A DNA stretch of 64,000 nucleotides, from assembly GCA_964607375.1 (NCBI GenBank), contig CAZSJY010000001.1, positions 766-64,765 on the forward strand, read 5' to 3'. Under the pieces are notes generated by a model that ran no database searches, had not been told where the DNA came from, and saw nothing but the letters and a program-made list of their open reading frames with translations. How positions within the stretch are numbered: the first letter of the stretch is position 1; the number at the start of each line of letters is the position of its first letter. This stretch comes from an uncultured bacterium. GTDB lineage: Bacteria; Fidelibacterota; Marinisomatia; SCGC-AAA003-L08; JACNLC01. Shown here piece after piece: positions 19,227-29,161 of this stretch. A program made the position numbers and the translations under genes.

Positions 19227-20252
19227 CTATTTACTAAACTTCTCTTTTTGTTGCTGAAAATAGGCACTGGTTGGGTCTATTGTGATTGCTCTTTCAATAG
19301 TTTCAACTGCTTCTTCTTTTCTACCTAATTTCCATAACACTTCTGCTTCAGTATCAATTATTTGAGCTTGATTGTTGGGGTTCTGGTTTTCCAAAGGAAT
19401 TGCTAATCGAACTTTCTCTAATGCATCGTTAAGGTTAACTTCCAATTCTGACATTCTCCATGCATAAGCATTTAAAACACTTGAGTTTGTTGGAAATTTA
19501 GTTATCCATTCTTGAAACAGCTCTACTTCCTTAGTGGTTTCTTTAATTGCTCCAAAATATCGGACTAATTGCTCAAAAGCAGTATAGATAAATTTTGAAG
19601 AAGGATATTGCTTTATAAAATTACTTAAATCTTCATAGTTTCCGTTGCCGAGAGATTCTAGTGCCAAGAAATATCTTGCTGTGGTTAGATTCTCAGATAA
19701 ATCTGTAGGATATTTGTTAACTAAAGTACTGAAGATTTTACTGGCTTCTTCAAGTTGAGTGGAATTCCACAATTTCTGACCTAACAGCATTGCCACTTCA
19801 ATATCATCTGGATTGTTTGCAAACCTAGTTTGTAAATCTATTAGAGTATTTTTGCCGTTGAGGATTTCTTGCTGTCTAATAACAAATTGATCAGGTGGTA
19901 AATAACCTGGTATTCTATCAACTTCTTTGCCGTTGCTATTAATAAAAACAATAGCGGGATATCCTGTTACTCTGTATTGTTTTGCTATATCAATACCCTC
20001 TCCAGCTTCAGCATTAATTTTTAAGTTTACAAATTGTTTTGATAATTCAACAACTGCGGGGTGTGAAAAAGTATCAGCATCTAGCCTTTTACACCAAACA
20101 CACCAATCTGTGAAAAAATCTATCATTATTATTCTATCTTCTGATTTTTCTAACGCTTCGACAAAGTTGCCCTTATGCCAATTGATAGATGATTCATTTG
20201 TACAGCCTAACCACATCAAAAATAACATAGCAGTCATAAATAACTTTTTCAT
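19227..20252 (-). CDS. Thioredoxin-fold lipoprotein with C-terminal TPR-like repeats
   Basis: Lipobox LGC. DFFTDWCVWCKRLD (CxxC). Helical repeat C-terminus. Confidence 0.65.
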   Translation of the reverse strand: MKKLFMTAMLFLMWLGCTNESSINWHKGNFVEALEKSEDRIIMIDFFTDWCVWCKRLDADTFSHPAVVELSKQFVNLKINAEAGEGIDIAKQYRVTGYPAIVFINSNGKEVDRIPGYLPPDQFVIRQQEILNGKNTLIDLQTRFANNPDDIEVAMLLGQKLWNSTQLEEASKIFSTLVNKYPTDLSENLTTARYFLALESLGNGNYEDLSNFIKQYPSSKFIYTAFEQLVRYFGAIKETTKEVELFQEWITKFPTNSSVLNAYAWRMSELEVNLNDALEKVRLAIPLENQNPNNQAQIIDTEAEVLWKLGRKEEAVETIERAITIDPTSAYFQQQKEKFSK

Positions 20253-20275
20253 TTCAACCTCGTTACCTCTACAAT

Positions 20276-21100
20276 TTAATCTAAAATATCAACTAATTCT
20301 ACCTCGAATACTAATGTTGCATTTGGTGGAATTACACCCCCTGCACCACCTGCTCCGTAACCAAGTTCAGGTGGAATAATGAGTGTTCTTTTTTCTCCTT
20401 TTTTCATCAAAGCAATGGCTTCATCCCAGCCCCTAATTACTCGACCTTTGCCAAGCTGAAACCTAAATGGTTGTCCTCTGTCATGAGAGCTGTCAAACTT
20501 ATTTCCAGTTGATAGCATGCCTGTGTAGTGAACAACTACTGTTTGATCTTGTTTTGGTAAACTTCCAGAACCCTCTTTATGGATAATCATTTTTAGACCT
20601 GATTCAGTGTTAACTTCTTTTCCTGGCAAAGAAAAATCTGTGTCAACAAATGCTTTTTCGATACTAAATAATTCTACTTCAAAAATAAGAGTTGAGTTTG
20701 CAGGAATTTTACCCATAGAACGATTACCATATCCAAGTTCAGGTGGAATTGTAAATTTAAATTTAGATCCTGTTGGCATTAATTGCAAACCTTCTGTCCA
20801 TCCTTTGATTACTTGGTTAAGACCAAATTTAATGGTTTCGCCTCGTTCAACTGATGAATCGAAGACAGTACCATCAATAAGATTTCCGTGATAGTGAACC
20901 TCTACCTTGTCAGTTGCATTTGGTTTATCACCGGTACCCATTTTAATAATTTCATATTGTAAACCTGATTCTGTAGTCATTATTTCCCCTTCCTGAGCTT
21001 TGTTGTTCACGGTTTCATTTTGAATTTCTATGTTTTGTTTATCTTTCTTACATCCAACTGTTAGCATTAAAGTAAATGATAAAATCAGCATTAAACGCAT
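20276..21100 (-). CDS. FKBP-type peptidyl-prolyl isomerase, tandem FKBP domains, lipoprotein
   Basis: Lipobox TVGC. Two copies of FDSS..RG.P..F.LG...VI.GW.E...LM. Confidence 0.9.
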   Translation of the reverse strand: MRLMLILSFTLMLTVGCKKDKQNIEIQNETVNNKAQEGEIMTTESGLQYEIIKMGTGDKPNATDKVEVHYHGNLIDGTVFDSSVERGETIKFGLNQVIKGWTEGLQLMPTGSKFKFTIPPELGYGNRSMGKIPANSTLIFEVELFSIEKAFVDTDFSLPGKEVNTESGLKMIIHKEGSGSLPKQDQTVVVHYTGMLSTGNKFDSSHDRGQPFRFQLGKGRVIRGWDEAIALMKKGEKRTLIIPPELGYGAGGAGGVIPPNATLVFEVELVDILD

Positions 21101-21179
21101 AATATTCTCCTAATTATAGGGTGTAAACTTATTGCAAATAAATGTTTAAAATTGAGAAATTATTAAGAAATTTGGTGTT

Positions 21180-22454
21180 TTAGTTTTTCTGGTGAAATGA
21201 ATTTATGTTCAAAGTAATTATATTTGATGTCATTAATGAATCTGACAATTCTACTATGTTCAATTTTGGGTAAAATTTAGAAAATCCCTTTCCCATAGCA
21301 CTATAATATTGATCAAAGGCTTTGCTTCTAATGTTAGTCAATTTATTAGCATTTAATGAACTATATTCTATTTTTGCTAAATATCGAAAAATCGTGTCTC
21401 TAATGTTCTGCATCAAATGTTCTTTTGTATAAATAAGGTCTTTAGCAATTGGTTTATTTTTATGTATTTCTCCTTTTAACCAATCTACAGAATAATCAAA
21501 GTTGTCAATTTTACAGACAGTACCTGAAATATTTTTATCTAAAAATGTTATCATGTTGAACTGGTTGTTGCTTTGTTTGTTAATTTCATCATAGGAGTTA
21601 GATAATAATTTTTCGTTTATCCAAATAGAATACTTTTCTGATAGTTCAATTTCAAATGACGAAAGTGATTTTTTGAATTCCGGGCCTTGCTGGCTTCTTA
21701 GGAACGTCACTAATTCTGTTTTATATTCTTTAAGTGGAGGTAGCTGTTTCGTGCGTATCCCATATACAAATACAATGTGATAACCAAATTTTGATAACAA
21801 TGGGGGTGAAATTTCTCTTAGATTAAGATCAAAGGCAGTAGATTGAAGAGGCTCAAATAAACCTTCTCCCCAACCGTAATATCCCAAGTCTCCAAAATCT
21901 AGTGCAGATGGATCTTCAGAATATCTAAGTGCTGCTTCACCAAATGTTAGTTCTCCATCTACTATTTTCCCTCTAACATTTTGAACAAGCGAAAGGGCAT
22001 CTTCTTTTGTTCGTTTTGATCGTGTTCGAATGCAATCTTTAAAGGGGATAATAATGTGTTTCACTCCAATCTCTTTTTTCAAGCGAGTATATAAATTTTG
22101 TAAATTATTTGGTAAAAATAGTGGTTTCCACACTTTTTCTTCTATTGTTGCGTCAATTAACAAATTATCTAAAAAATAATTTTCTCCATCATAAATTGAC
22201 ATTATTTTGTGAATATTAAGTTTTTTAGCTTCTTCAATAAACAATTTTTTTGTTACATAACTATCTACTTGTTGTTCTTTTTCAGTTAAAGACATGTTGT
22301 TAAACAAGACTTCATCGTGATATAAAAAATATTCTGAGGATAATATTTCATTATCGTTTACCCAACAAACAACATTGCTGTCTGGTGCAGCTTTGCATGA
22401 AAAAGTTACTACCATCGCGGTAAGAGTCAAAAAATTATTATATGAATTTTTCAT
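21180..22454 (-). CDS. Parvulin-type (PpiC/SurA-like) peptidyl-prolyl isomerase
   Basis: GVKHIIIPF...GDLGYYGWGEG...FGYHIVFV parvulin core. Start ambiguous (TTG 22466 or ATG 22454). Confidence 0.75.
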   Translation of the reverse strand: MKNSYNNFLTLTAMVVTFSCKAAPDSNVVCWVNDNEILSSEYFLYHDEVLFNNMSLTEKEQQVDSYVTKKLFIEEAKKLNIHKIMSIYDGENYFLDNLLIDATIEEKVWKPLFLPNNLQNLYTRLKKEIGVKHIIIPFKDCIRTRSKRTKEDALSLVQNVRGKIVDGELTFGEAALRYSEDPSALDFGDLGYYGWGEGLFEPLQSTAFDLNLREISPPLLSKFGYHIVFVYGIRTKQLPPLKEYKTELVTFLRSQQGPEFKKSLSSFEIELSEKYSIWINEKLLSNSYDEINKQSNNQFNMITFLDKNISGTVCKIDNFDYSVDWLKGEIHKNKPIAKDLIYTKEHLMQNIRDTIFRYLAKIEYSSLNANKLTNIRSKAFDQYYSAMGKGFSKFYPKLNIVELSDSLMTSNIITLNINSFHQKN

Positions 22455-22471
22455 TAAAAGAACCAAATAGA

Positions 22472-22500
22472 AAAGAGGGCGAATATATTCGCCCTCTTTT
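22472..22500 (-). terminator. Rho-independent terminator ending the 32734-22525 operon
   Basis: AAAGAGGGCGAATA/TATTCGCCCTCTTT hairpin with a T-run on the minus strand. Confidence 0.8.
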
Positions 22501-22524
22501 TGTGGTTTAAATAAACATTAGATC

Positions 22525-24813
22525 TTACTTTAGAAGTATCATTTTACCTGTTTTAACAAAACCATCTGTTTGAATTCTATAAAAATACACACCACTTGGC
22601 ACATTCAGACCATTATCATTTGTGCCATTCCATAGCTTTGTGTATGTCCCAGGAACTGTATAATCGTTGTGTAGTGTGGTAACTTCTGCACCTAATAGAT
22701 TATATATTTTCAGCTCCACATTAGTCGCAGTAGGTACATCAAACTTAATCTCTGTTACTGGATTAAATGGATTTGGGTAGTTGTTATATAACTCAAACGA
22801 TTTAGGGGTTTCTGGTGTGTTCTGAATGCCAACTATTTCTTCACCCATCCAAGTAAGCGTCTTTGGTAGTGGGCCAAAGTCTTGAATACCAATCCAATAG
22901 TAGCTTGGTGAAGTGTTCAAGCTTAAAACATCAAATCCAAACCAAGCTGTTTTACTGCCGTTTGGCAACTCATTATATAGTGCTGTATTATGGATTACTG
23001 CGTCTTCGGCTACATTGCCATTTTCATCCAAAATACCACTATAGCCAGTGAATGATACTGTTGCACCTTCAACAGCGTCTGCACCATCTAGCCAGTTGGA
23101 TGCGCCAATTTCATAAACTGGGTCATAATTAAGATCAAGTGAATCTGCAAGGAAATCTGCTAAATCACCAGAAATAGCATCGTCATCTACGGCCATTAAT
23201 CTAGAAATACCACTCTGATCCCCGCTAGTACCATAATTGAAATCCGGAATACTAGCAGCTATTCCTAAGTAATCATATACAAAATCTCCTTCTGCAAAAT
23301 CTGTTGGAGCCCAACCATCAATACAGGCACCCATCCATTCGTCGCCAGCGTTAATATAGTTTTTATCGCCCGTATCTAGCCAAGAGCCAAGAGCTTCTGT
23401 ATCGTTACAGAATAGAGGTCCACCTCCCGAAATTTCGAGAATGGTATTGTAATTATCAATCAATTCAGATGTTGCTGTACCATAACTCCATACATCGTAA
23501 TACCAGACTGGCGCTGAATCCAAATAATAACCTGTTATCCAAGAACCAAATAAATCTGAATTATATATGACAAGATTTTCTTCAACCGGTGCAAACACAT
23601 TGTATGTTTTTGCTACTGTTGCACTAGCGTTGTCTAATACATCGATGGCTTCTAAGTACCAAGTTACTGTTGTTCCAGGTGCTTGACCAGGAATATCTCC
23701 TGTGTAATCGTCAGCTTCTGCTGTCATAACAACTTCAGAATATGTTTCTCCATCGATTGACCAGAATAATGTTGCAGAAGCAACTCCCGCATCACCGCCA
23801 GCTGGGTTGTCGTCCGTAATGGTTGCTTCAACTGTTCTGGCTTCGGTAGAAAGTGTTGTTGGTAACTCAGTAACATCACTAATAATGGGTGCACGATCAC
23901 CAGTAAGTTCAACTGCTAGAGGGAAATGTACTACCCAATGCCTTAAATGCCAACCTGTTTCACCTGAAGTTCCATCGCATTCTGTATCATAAAATTTTGC
24001 GAAAATCCACGGATCTACAACTCCGTCACCTTCACAATAATAAAATCCAGTATACTCAACCATTGTGCCTTGGTTTTCAATCAGTATACCTACCCAGTCA
24101 CCTTGAACAAGTTCTGGTTCAGCTCCATAATCAACAGTGTTTAGCCAGTTGTCTACTTGTGCTTCAACTTGTGAAGGTCCAAAGGTTGCTTGTTGGAAAC
24201 CCAAAGGCCAGATTTTTTCTGACAAAGGATCTAACACATTTGGTATTGCTGTTTTATCAGCACATGTTCCTGTTTCATCTTCAACATCTCCGTACCAAGA
24301 GTCTCCTTCAATATCGGCCGTACCGTGGTCAGCGCCATCCCAAGCGTAACCCATCCAGCCTGAACCATCTACATAATCTGTTGGATAAGAACTCCCGTCG
24401 GATCCGTTTGGATAGTTTAGTTTGTACAATGATACTTTAAGACCATCTTCTGATGCTCCTGATGTATCTGCCCACTCGAAAACAGGGATATTAACACCTT
24501 TGATAATACCATCTGCTGGCATTTGGTACATAACCAACATATAGTCTCCTGGTGTAAATACAAATTGACCACCAACATCTGGACAATATGACATAGTATC
24601 TGCAGTGCTTCTTGAATTCATATTGTTAAAATATGGATTTGGCCATTGTTGTGATGATTTCAATGCATCATAATCAGCATAACCATTATTTATGCTTTCA
24701 TAATCTGATTGTATGTGAGAAACATCCGTTGATAGAGAGGATTCTCCTGATATTGCAAATACCAATCCAAACATCAATAATGTAAGCCCTATTATTGTTA
24801 ACTTTTTATTCAT
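22525..24813 (-). CDS. Secreted acidic protein of unknown function with T9SS type-A C-terminal domain
   Basis: Signal peptide. D/E/G/W/Y-rich passenger with no motif I recognise. C-terminal NYPNPFNPVTEIKFDVP...LKIYNLLGAEV...GVYFYRIQ...KMILLK. Confidence 0.7.
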   Translation of the reverse strand: MNKKLTIIGLTLLMFGLVFAISGESSLSTDVSHIQSDYESINNGYADYDALKSSQQWPNPYFNNMNSRSTADTMSYCPDVGGQFVFTPGDYMLVMYQMPADGIIKGVNIPVFEWADTSGASEDGLKVSLYKLNYPNGSDGSSYPTDYVDGSGWMGYAWDGADHGTADIEGDSWYGDVEDETGTCADKTAIPNVLDPLSEKIWPLGFQQATFGPSQVEAQVDNWLNTVDYGAEPELVQGDWVGILIENQGTMVEYTGFYYCEGDGVVDPWIFAKFYDTECDGTSGETGWHLRHWVVHFPLAVELTGDRAPIISDVTELPTTLSTEARTVEATITDDNPAGGDAGVASATLFWSIDGETYSEVVMTAEADDYTGDIPGQAPGTTVTWYLEAIDVLDNASATVAKTYNVFAPVEENLVIYNSDLFGSWITGYYLDSAPVWYYDVWSYGTATSELIDNYNTILEISGGGPLFCNDTEALGSWLDTGDKNYINAGDEWMGACIDGWAPTDFAEGDFVYDYLGIAASIPDFNYGTSGDQSGISRLMAVDDDAISGDLADFLADSLDLNYDPVYEIGASNWLDGADAVEGATVSFTGYSGILDENGNVAEDAVIHNTALYNELPNGSKTAWFGFDVLSLNTSPSYYWIGIQDFGPLPKTLTWMGEEIVGIQNTPETPKSFELYNNYPNPFNPVTEIKFDVPTATNVELKIYNLLGAEVTTLHNDYTVPGTYTKLWNGTNDNGLNVPSGVYFYRIQTDGFVKTGKMILLK

Positions 24814-24859
24814 TTTAACTCCTTTGTTGCTTTTTTACGGTTAACGATTTTTGACTCTG

Positions 24860-25963
24860 TCAAAAACCAAAAGAAATTGCTATCCATTGTGTGTCATTAA
24901 ATATTTCAGCTGTTCTATAAGCATAATCAACTGAAATATCTAAATTTGTGAAGCTTTTCATTTTTAATCCAAATCCAAAAGTAGGTCCCCATAGAAACTC
25001 TTCAGAATGAAATTCAAATTGTTTGTCAGCAGTATCATCATCCGTTCCTTCTATTCCATCTTCTCCAAAGGGTTCTGGGTCGTAGCTAATTGTTAAACCT
25101 CCACGAAGTGCAAAAATGTCCATCAGAATAACTTCACCCCCAAATCGGTATTCATCGTATGAAAAATTATTATTTAAGAATGATGTGGCTAGGATTAGTT
25201 CGCCAGCTTCAAAGTCAAGAGGTCCATAAGAAACACCTAGCTCAAGAGTTGTTGGCATTTCAAAATCCTGTAGCTGTATCCTTCTTGGTTCACTAGGTGT
25301 ACCATATTCGCTGTCTTCAGGTTGGTGAAATTCTTCCAAATCTGGTCCATTAAAAATCATATTTAATCCTAAATTCTTTAATGATGCTCCTAGCCTTAGT
25401 TTGCCTGAACGAGCTTTATACTGAACACCAGCATCCATTACAAATCCTGTAGCTGATTCACGCATTATGCTCTCTTCAATAATTTTGAAATCAACACCAA
25501 AAAATATTCTATCGGTCATTTGTTTAGAAAACAGAAAACCTAGGGTTACATAAGTTGGAGAAAATGTTTCTCCTGTTCCATCTGGGTTGTCTGTTGTAGT
25601 TACAGGTATATTGCCAAAATCAAGAGTTCTTGCAGTAATACCAAAGTAACTGCTTCCCCCAAGCTTAGAAGCTACGGCAATATAATTAACACCTATATCA
25701 GCTAACCATACTGTATGAGAGAACATAGTTTGACCAGTGCCATTCATCCCGGAAACTCCTGCAGGATTCCAGGCGGCTGCTTCAATACCAGTAAGTCCTG
25801 CAACAAAAGCGTTTGACATTGCTATATTTCGAGCCCCTACAGGAATAAGAAGCTCTGTGGCTCCTGCGGTTCCTATGCGGTTTTTGCTTGCTCCGTTTAA
25901 AAGATTAAAAGATAGCAGAAAACAGAAAATGAATGTAGAAAATAGTTTTGAATAATTTGCCAT
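24860..25963 (-). CDS. PorV/PorQ-family outer-membrane beta-barrel protein
   Basis: Signal peptide, then ELLIPVGARNIAMSNAFVAGLTGIEAAAWNPAGV (PorV-type N-terminal signature). Alternating beta-strand pattern, C-terminal ...ISFGF. ATG 25963 chosen to avoid overlap with the upstream stop. Confidence 0.65.
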   Translation of the reverse strand: MANYSKLFSTFIFCFLLSFNLLNGASKNRIGTAGATELLIPVGARNIAMSNAFVAGLTGIEAAAWNPAGVSGMNGTGQTMFSHTVWLADIGVNYIAVASKLGGSSYFGITARTLDFGNIPVTTTDNPDGTGETFSPTYVTLGFLFSKQMTDRIFFGVDFKIIEESIMRESATGFVMDAGVQYKARSGKLRLGASLKNLGLNMIFNGPDLEEFHQPEDSEYGTPSEPRRIQLQDFEMPTTLELGVSYGPLDFEAGELILATSFLNNNFSYDEYRFGGEVILMDIFALRGGLTISYDPEPFGEDGIEGTDDDTADKQFEFHSEEFLWGPTFGFGLKMKSFTNLDISVDYAYRTAEIFNDTQWIAISFGF

Positions 25964-25988
25964 TTTCGAATTATTGATAATATTTTTA

Positions 25989-28900
25989 TTAGTAAACATC
26001 AATTCTCTCCTCTGGTTGCATTATAGCAATTTTTAGGATTTTATCTCCTAATTCGGTTCTTATATGTGCAATATACATTCCAGAAGCGACGGGTACCCCT
26101 GCATTATTACGCAAATCCCATCTCATAACATTGCCAGGATCATTCTCGGCAGTATTTGTCTGTTCTAGCTTTCTTACTAGATCGCCGGCGAGATTATAAA
26201 TTCTGATTGTATTGCTGCCAACACCAAGGTGTGTAAATGTTACAAATCTGCTTAAAGGGTCTGTTTCTTCAATATTTCTTCCAAAATACGGATTTGGAAA
26301 TACATTGATATCATCCAGCTGATTTTGTTGTATAGTTCTTGTTGCTTCTACCTCTCCGTCAGCAGTAAATGTAAAATTGTCAATTCCAGGGAAGATTGGA
26401 TTATTAAACTCAACGACAAACTCATCCCCTGCAACATACTTAGTTTCATCTTTATCAAATTGCAACACCCATCCAAGCTCGCCACTTCCATCGTCCCACG
26501 CATTGTATGAATCCGTTATGTTGTATGGTGTGTAAATTGGAATTATCTTGTGGTTATAAAACATACCATAGTTTAGGGTATCTCCATTTTCATCAATTTC
26601 ATAGCTGTCATAAGACAATAAATCTTGCCCTCCTGTCAGAACCCAAACCAGAACATTTATTCGTACACTGTCTTCGACTGTCCAAACCTCAAACGGAACT
26701 TCTTTGACCTCAAACGGGGTGTTGTCCACACCATTCCAGTAAAATCCCTGCTGTGGTTCTTCGGTGAATACAAATCTAATATCTTTCTGTAACAAACTCT
26801 TATCAGATGTTCCCCCATTTAGTCCATAGCTATTCATAAAATCAAACCAAGTACCATCAGTAATTGAGTATTCGATATTTGTAATGTCAGAACCATCTCC
26901 GTCTTCTGTTTGTGTAGCCATTAGTGATGTCGTTGGTGCTTCAAAAGTCGCATTATCGAAGGTTAGTATGAACCCATCTGTTACAGTATATGATTCTAAT
27001 GGAAATTCTAATTGGTTGGCAAACAGTGTATCAAAACCCGTTACATTAACTAAATTCCAATAATTATTAACGACATCACCCTCGGTTGTGTCAGAAGTAA
27101 AATAAATAGAATAATCGTCACCAGTTAAGTGATATGGATTAATTACTTGAGCATAAATGGATGCCCCTGCTATTCCGCTAGAATGGTTTATTTCTAGTAG
27201 ATCATCATAAGTGGCATCTATGTCTGAACCAAGCCCAGGTTCCATGGGAATAACAGTTATTGCTTCTTGTGGGCTTTCAATTACCCGCTGGGCTGCATCA
27301 GGATCATAAGCATAGGTTGTAACAGCATAATAATATTTTCTATAATTAATTAAATCACAGTTGTCAATATAATCGTATGTTGTTTCAAAATAATGGCTTA
27401 TACCCGAATCAGTACCTGTTTGAGAAGGTAACTCTAAAATTTCTCCCGAAACATCATCTAATTCAAAATCCATTATTCCTTTAACATCATTGATTATATC
27501 ATAAGTTGCAATTCGTTCCCATGGACCGTTTGGAGATTCACCTTGATAAATATTGTATCCTTCAAAATTGTAACTTGCGCATTGATAGTTTTCTATTTGA
27601 TCGCTTCCTTCCTCAAATGTTAAAACAATCCTCTCGTCTAATTGTGCAAAAGTTGTGTTAGGAATTGGTGGAGAACAAATGTCAAAATTAACATCAAATG
27701 CACCCTGAGCAAACTTATCAAAGTACTTTAATTTAGTAATGGATTTTGACCAATTTGAACCACCTGCTATAATTATACACCCTACTACTTCTTGTACATC
27801 ACCTGGTTCAAATGAAAATGGTCCAGACGTCATTAAATATCTTCGATCTCCTGGATCCTCATCTAACCACCCGGTGTTATTAACTGGATTACCGGGATGG
27901 ACAAATACAGATGGTTCGTCAGTAGTAGGATCTACAAATGGTTCACCAGAAAGACCTACTAAACCATTCATATAATTATATGTTTCTTGGGCCGTTTCTG
28001 GATCTGCATAGGTTTCATTTCCGTTGATATATTTAGCAAAGGAAGTAAGGGGTAGTTTTCTGTAACCTGGAATATCCTTTAGATGATAACCATCTTCAAT
28101 AGACCACGTAAGTATAGAAGCTGTATCTTGTTCTGATTCAATAATTGGACCCTGAAAGAAATCTGACCCCACTGCTGGAGCCTCGACCCCATAACTCCCA
28201 TCACCATCGGTGTCGTTGTAAGTATAGCCAAGGCTTAATGTTGTATCACATCCAACTAAATCATCTGTGGCATCGCCTACATCATCATCGTGCCACATTG
28301 AAACAAATACACTATCTAAAGCATCAGTACCCTTATTTGTAATAACCCATCTAATAAACATTGTATTTCCAAGAGCACCCGACTGATTGAAACCAAATAT
28401 TGATGTTTGTATTTCAACATTCATTGGAACAGTGTTCCAAAGAGGAGTATGTATAGCCGCGTCGCCGTCATTCATCACATACCAATGAAACTGATCTCCC
28501 AAAATATCTGGATGATCTCCATCTGCAATATTATAAATCCCGTCATCGTTTGCATCAACCCAAGGAGCGCCTAATTCGGTTGGCCAATTTTCAAAATCAC
28601 TTGTTGGGAAGTGGACTGTTTCAGTTATTCTTGAAGACCCTTCCGTTATAGGAAGTTCACCTGACATTTGTTGAAAAGAAGCAAAATCATTACTTAGAAA
28701 TGCGTCCAGTTCTGCTCTATGAATTTCATATATATGGCCATCCTCACCAGTTATTGTACCAGATACATATTCAGAGGTATATTCAGCACCAGCTGTTCTG
28801 ATTTCATCTTCCCAGTTACCTCCTGGGGCTTTTGATTTACCACTTGCCAACCATATTCCCGAAGCAAATACTGCTGCTTTTCCGCTTCCTTTTGGCCATT

Positions 28901-29132
28901 CTAAACCAGAGCCACCTGTAACATTATGATCAACCACCAAACCGTTGTTGCCATGCCAAGTTGAAATCTGATTACCATCCCAGTTTGTTCTTTCTAGGCC
29001 TGCACTACTTCTAAAAAGATAATTCTCAAAATTATCATTATATATGGTGGCTGGTTTTTCTGTCCATACAAGTGACAAACTCAAAAGGAATCCAATAGCT
29101 GCAAAAATGTGCTGTTTTTTTGTTTTTTTCAT
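25989..29132 (-). CDS. Large secreted protein of unknown function with T9SS-type C-terminal domain
   Basis: Signal peptide MKKTKKQHIFAAIGFLLSLSLVW. ~900-aa passenger with no recognised motif. C-terminal VFPNPYFG...IRIYNLAGDLV...GMYIAHI...KILKIAI followed by an unusual extra tail MQPEERIDVY. Confidence 0.6.
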   Translation of the reverse strand: MKKTKKQHIFAAIGFLLSLSLVWTEKPATIYNDNFENYLFRSSAGLERTNWDGNQISTWHGNNGLVVDHNVTGGSGLEWPKGSGKAAVFASGIWLASGKSKAPGGNWEDEIRTAGAEYTSEYVSGTITGEDGHIYEIHRAELDAFLSNDFASFQQMSGELPITEGSSRITETVHFPTSDFENWPTELGAPWVDANDDGIYNIADGDHPDILGDQFHWYVMNDGDAAIHTPLWNTVPMNVEIQTSIFGFNQSGALGNTMFIRWVITNKGTDALDSVFVSMWHDDDVGDATDDLVGCDTTLSLGYTYNDTDGDGSYGVEAPAVGSDFFQGPIIESEQDTASILTWSIEDGYHLKDIPGYRKLPLTSFAKYINGNETYADPETAQETYNYMNGLVGLSGEPFVDPTTDEPSVFVHPGNPVNNTGWLDEDPGDRRYLMTSGPFSFEPGDVQEVVGCIIIAGGSNWSKSITKLKYFDKFAQGAFDVNFDICSPPIPNTTFAQLDERIVLTFEEGSDQIENYQCASYNFEGYNIYQGESPNGPWERIATYDIINDVKGIMDFELDDVSGEILELPSQTGTDSGISHYFETTYDYIDNCDLINYRKYYYAVTTYAYDPDAAQRVIESPQEAITVIPMEPGLGSDIDATYDDLLEINHSSGIAGASIYAQVINPYHLTGDDYSIYFTSDTTEGDVVNNYWNLVNVTGFDTLFANQLEFPLESYTVTDGFILTFDNATFEAPTTSLMATQTEDGDGSDITNIEYSITDGTWFDFMNSYGLNGGTSDKSLLQKDIRFVFTEEPQQGFYWNGVDNTPFEVKEVPFEVWTVEDSVRINVLVWVLTGGQDLLSYDSYEIDENGDTLNYGMFYNHKIIPIYTPYNITDSYNAWDDGSGELGWVLQFDKDETKYVAGDEFVVEFNNPIFPGIDNFTFTADGEVEATRTIQQNQLDDINVFPNPYFGRNIEETDPLSRFVTFTHLGVGSNTIRIYNLAGDLVRKLEQTNTAENDPGNVMRWDLRNNAGVPVASGMYIAHIRTELGDKILKIAIMQPEERIDVY

Positions 29133-29161
29133 AATTTGTTCCACATTATTAATTTAGTTTA

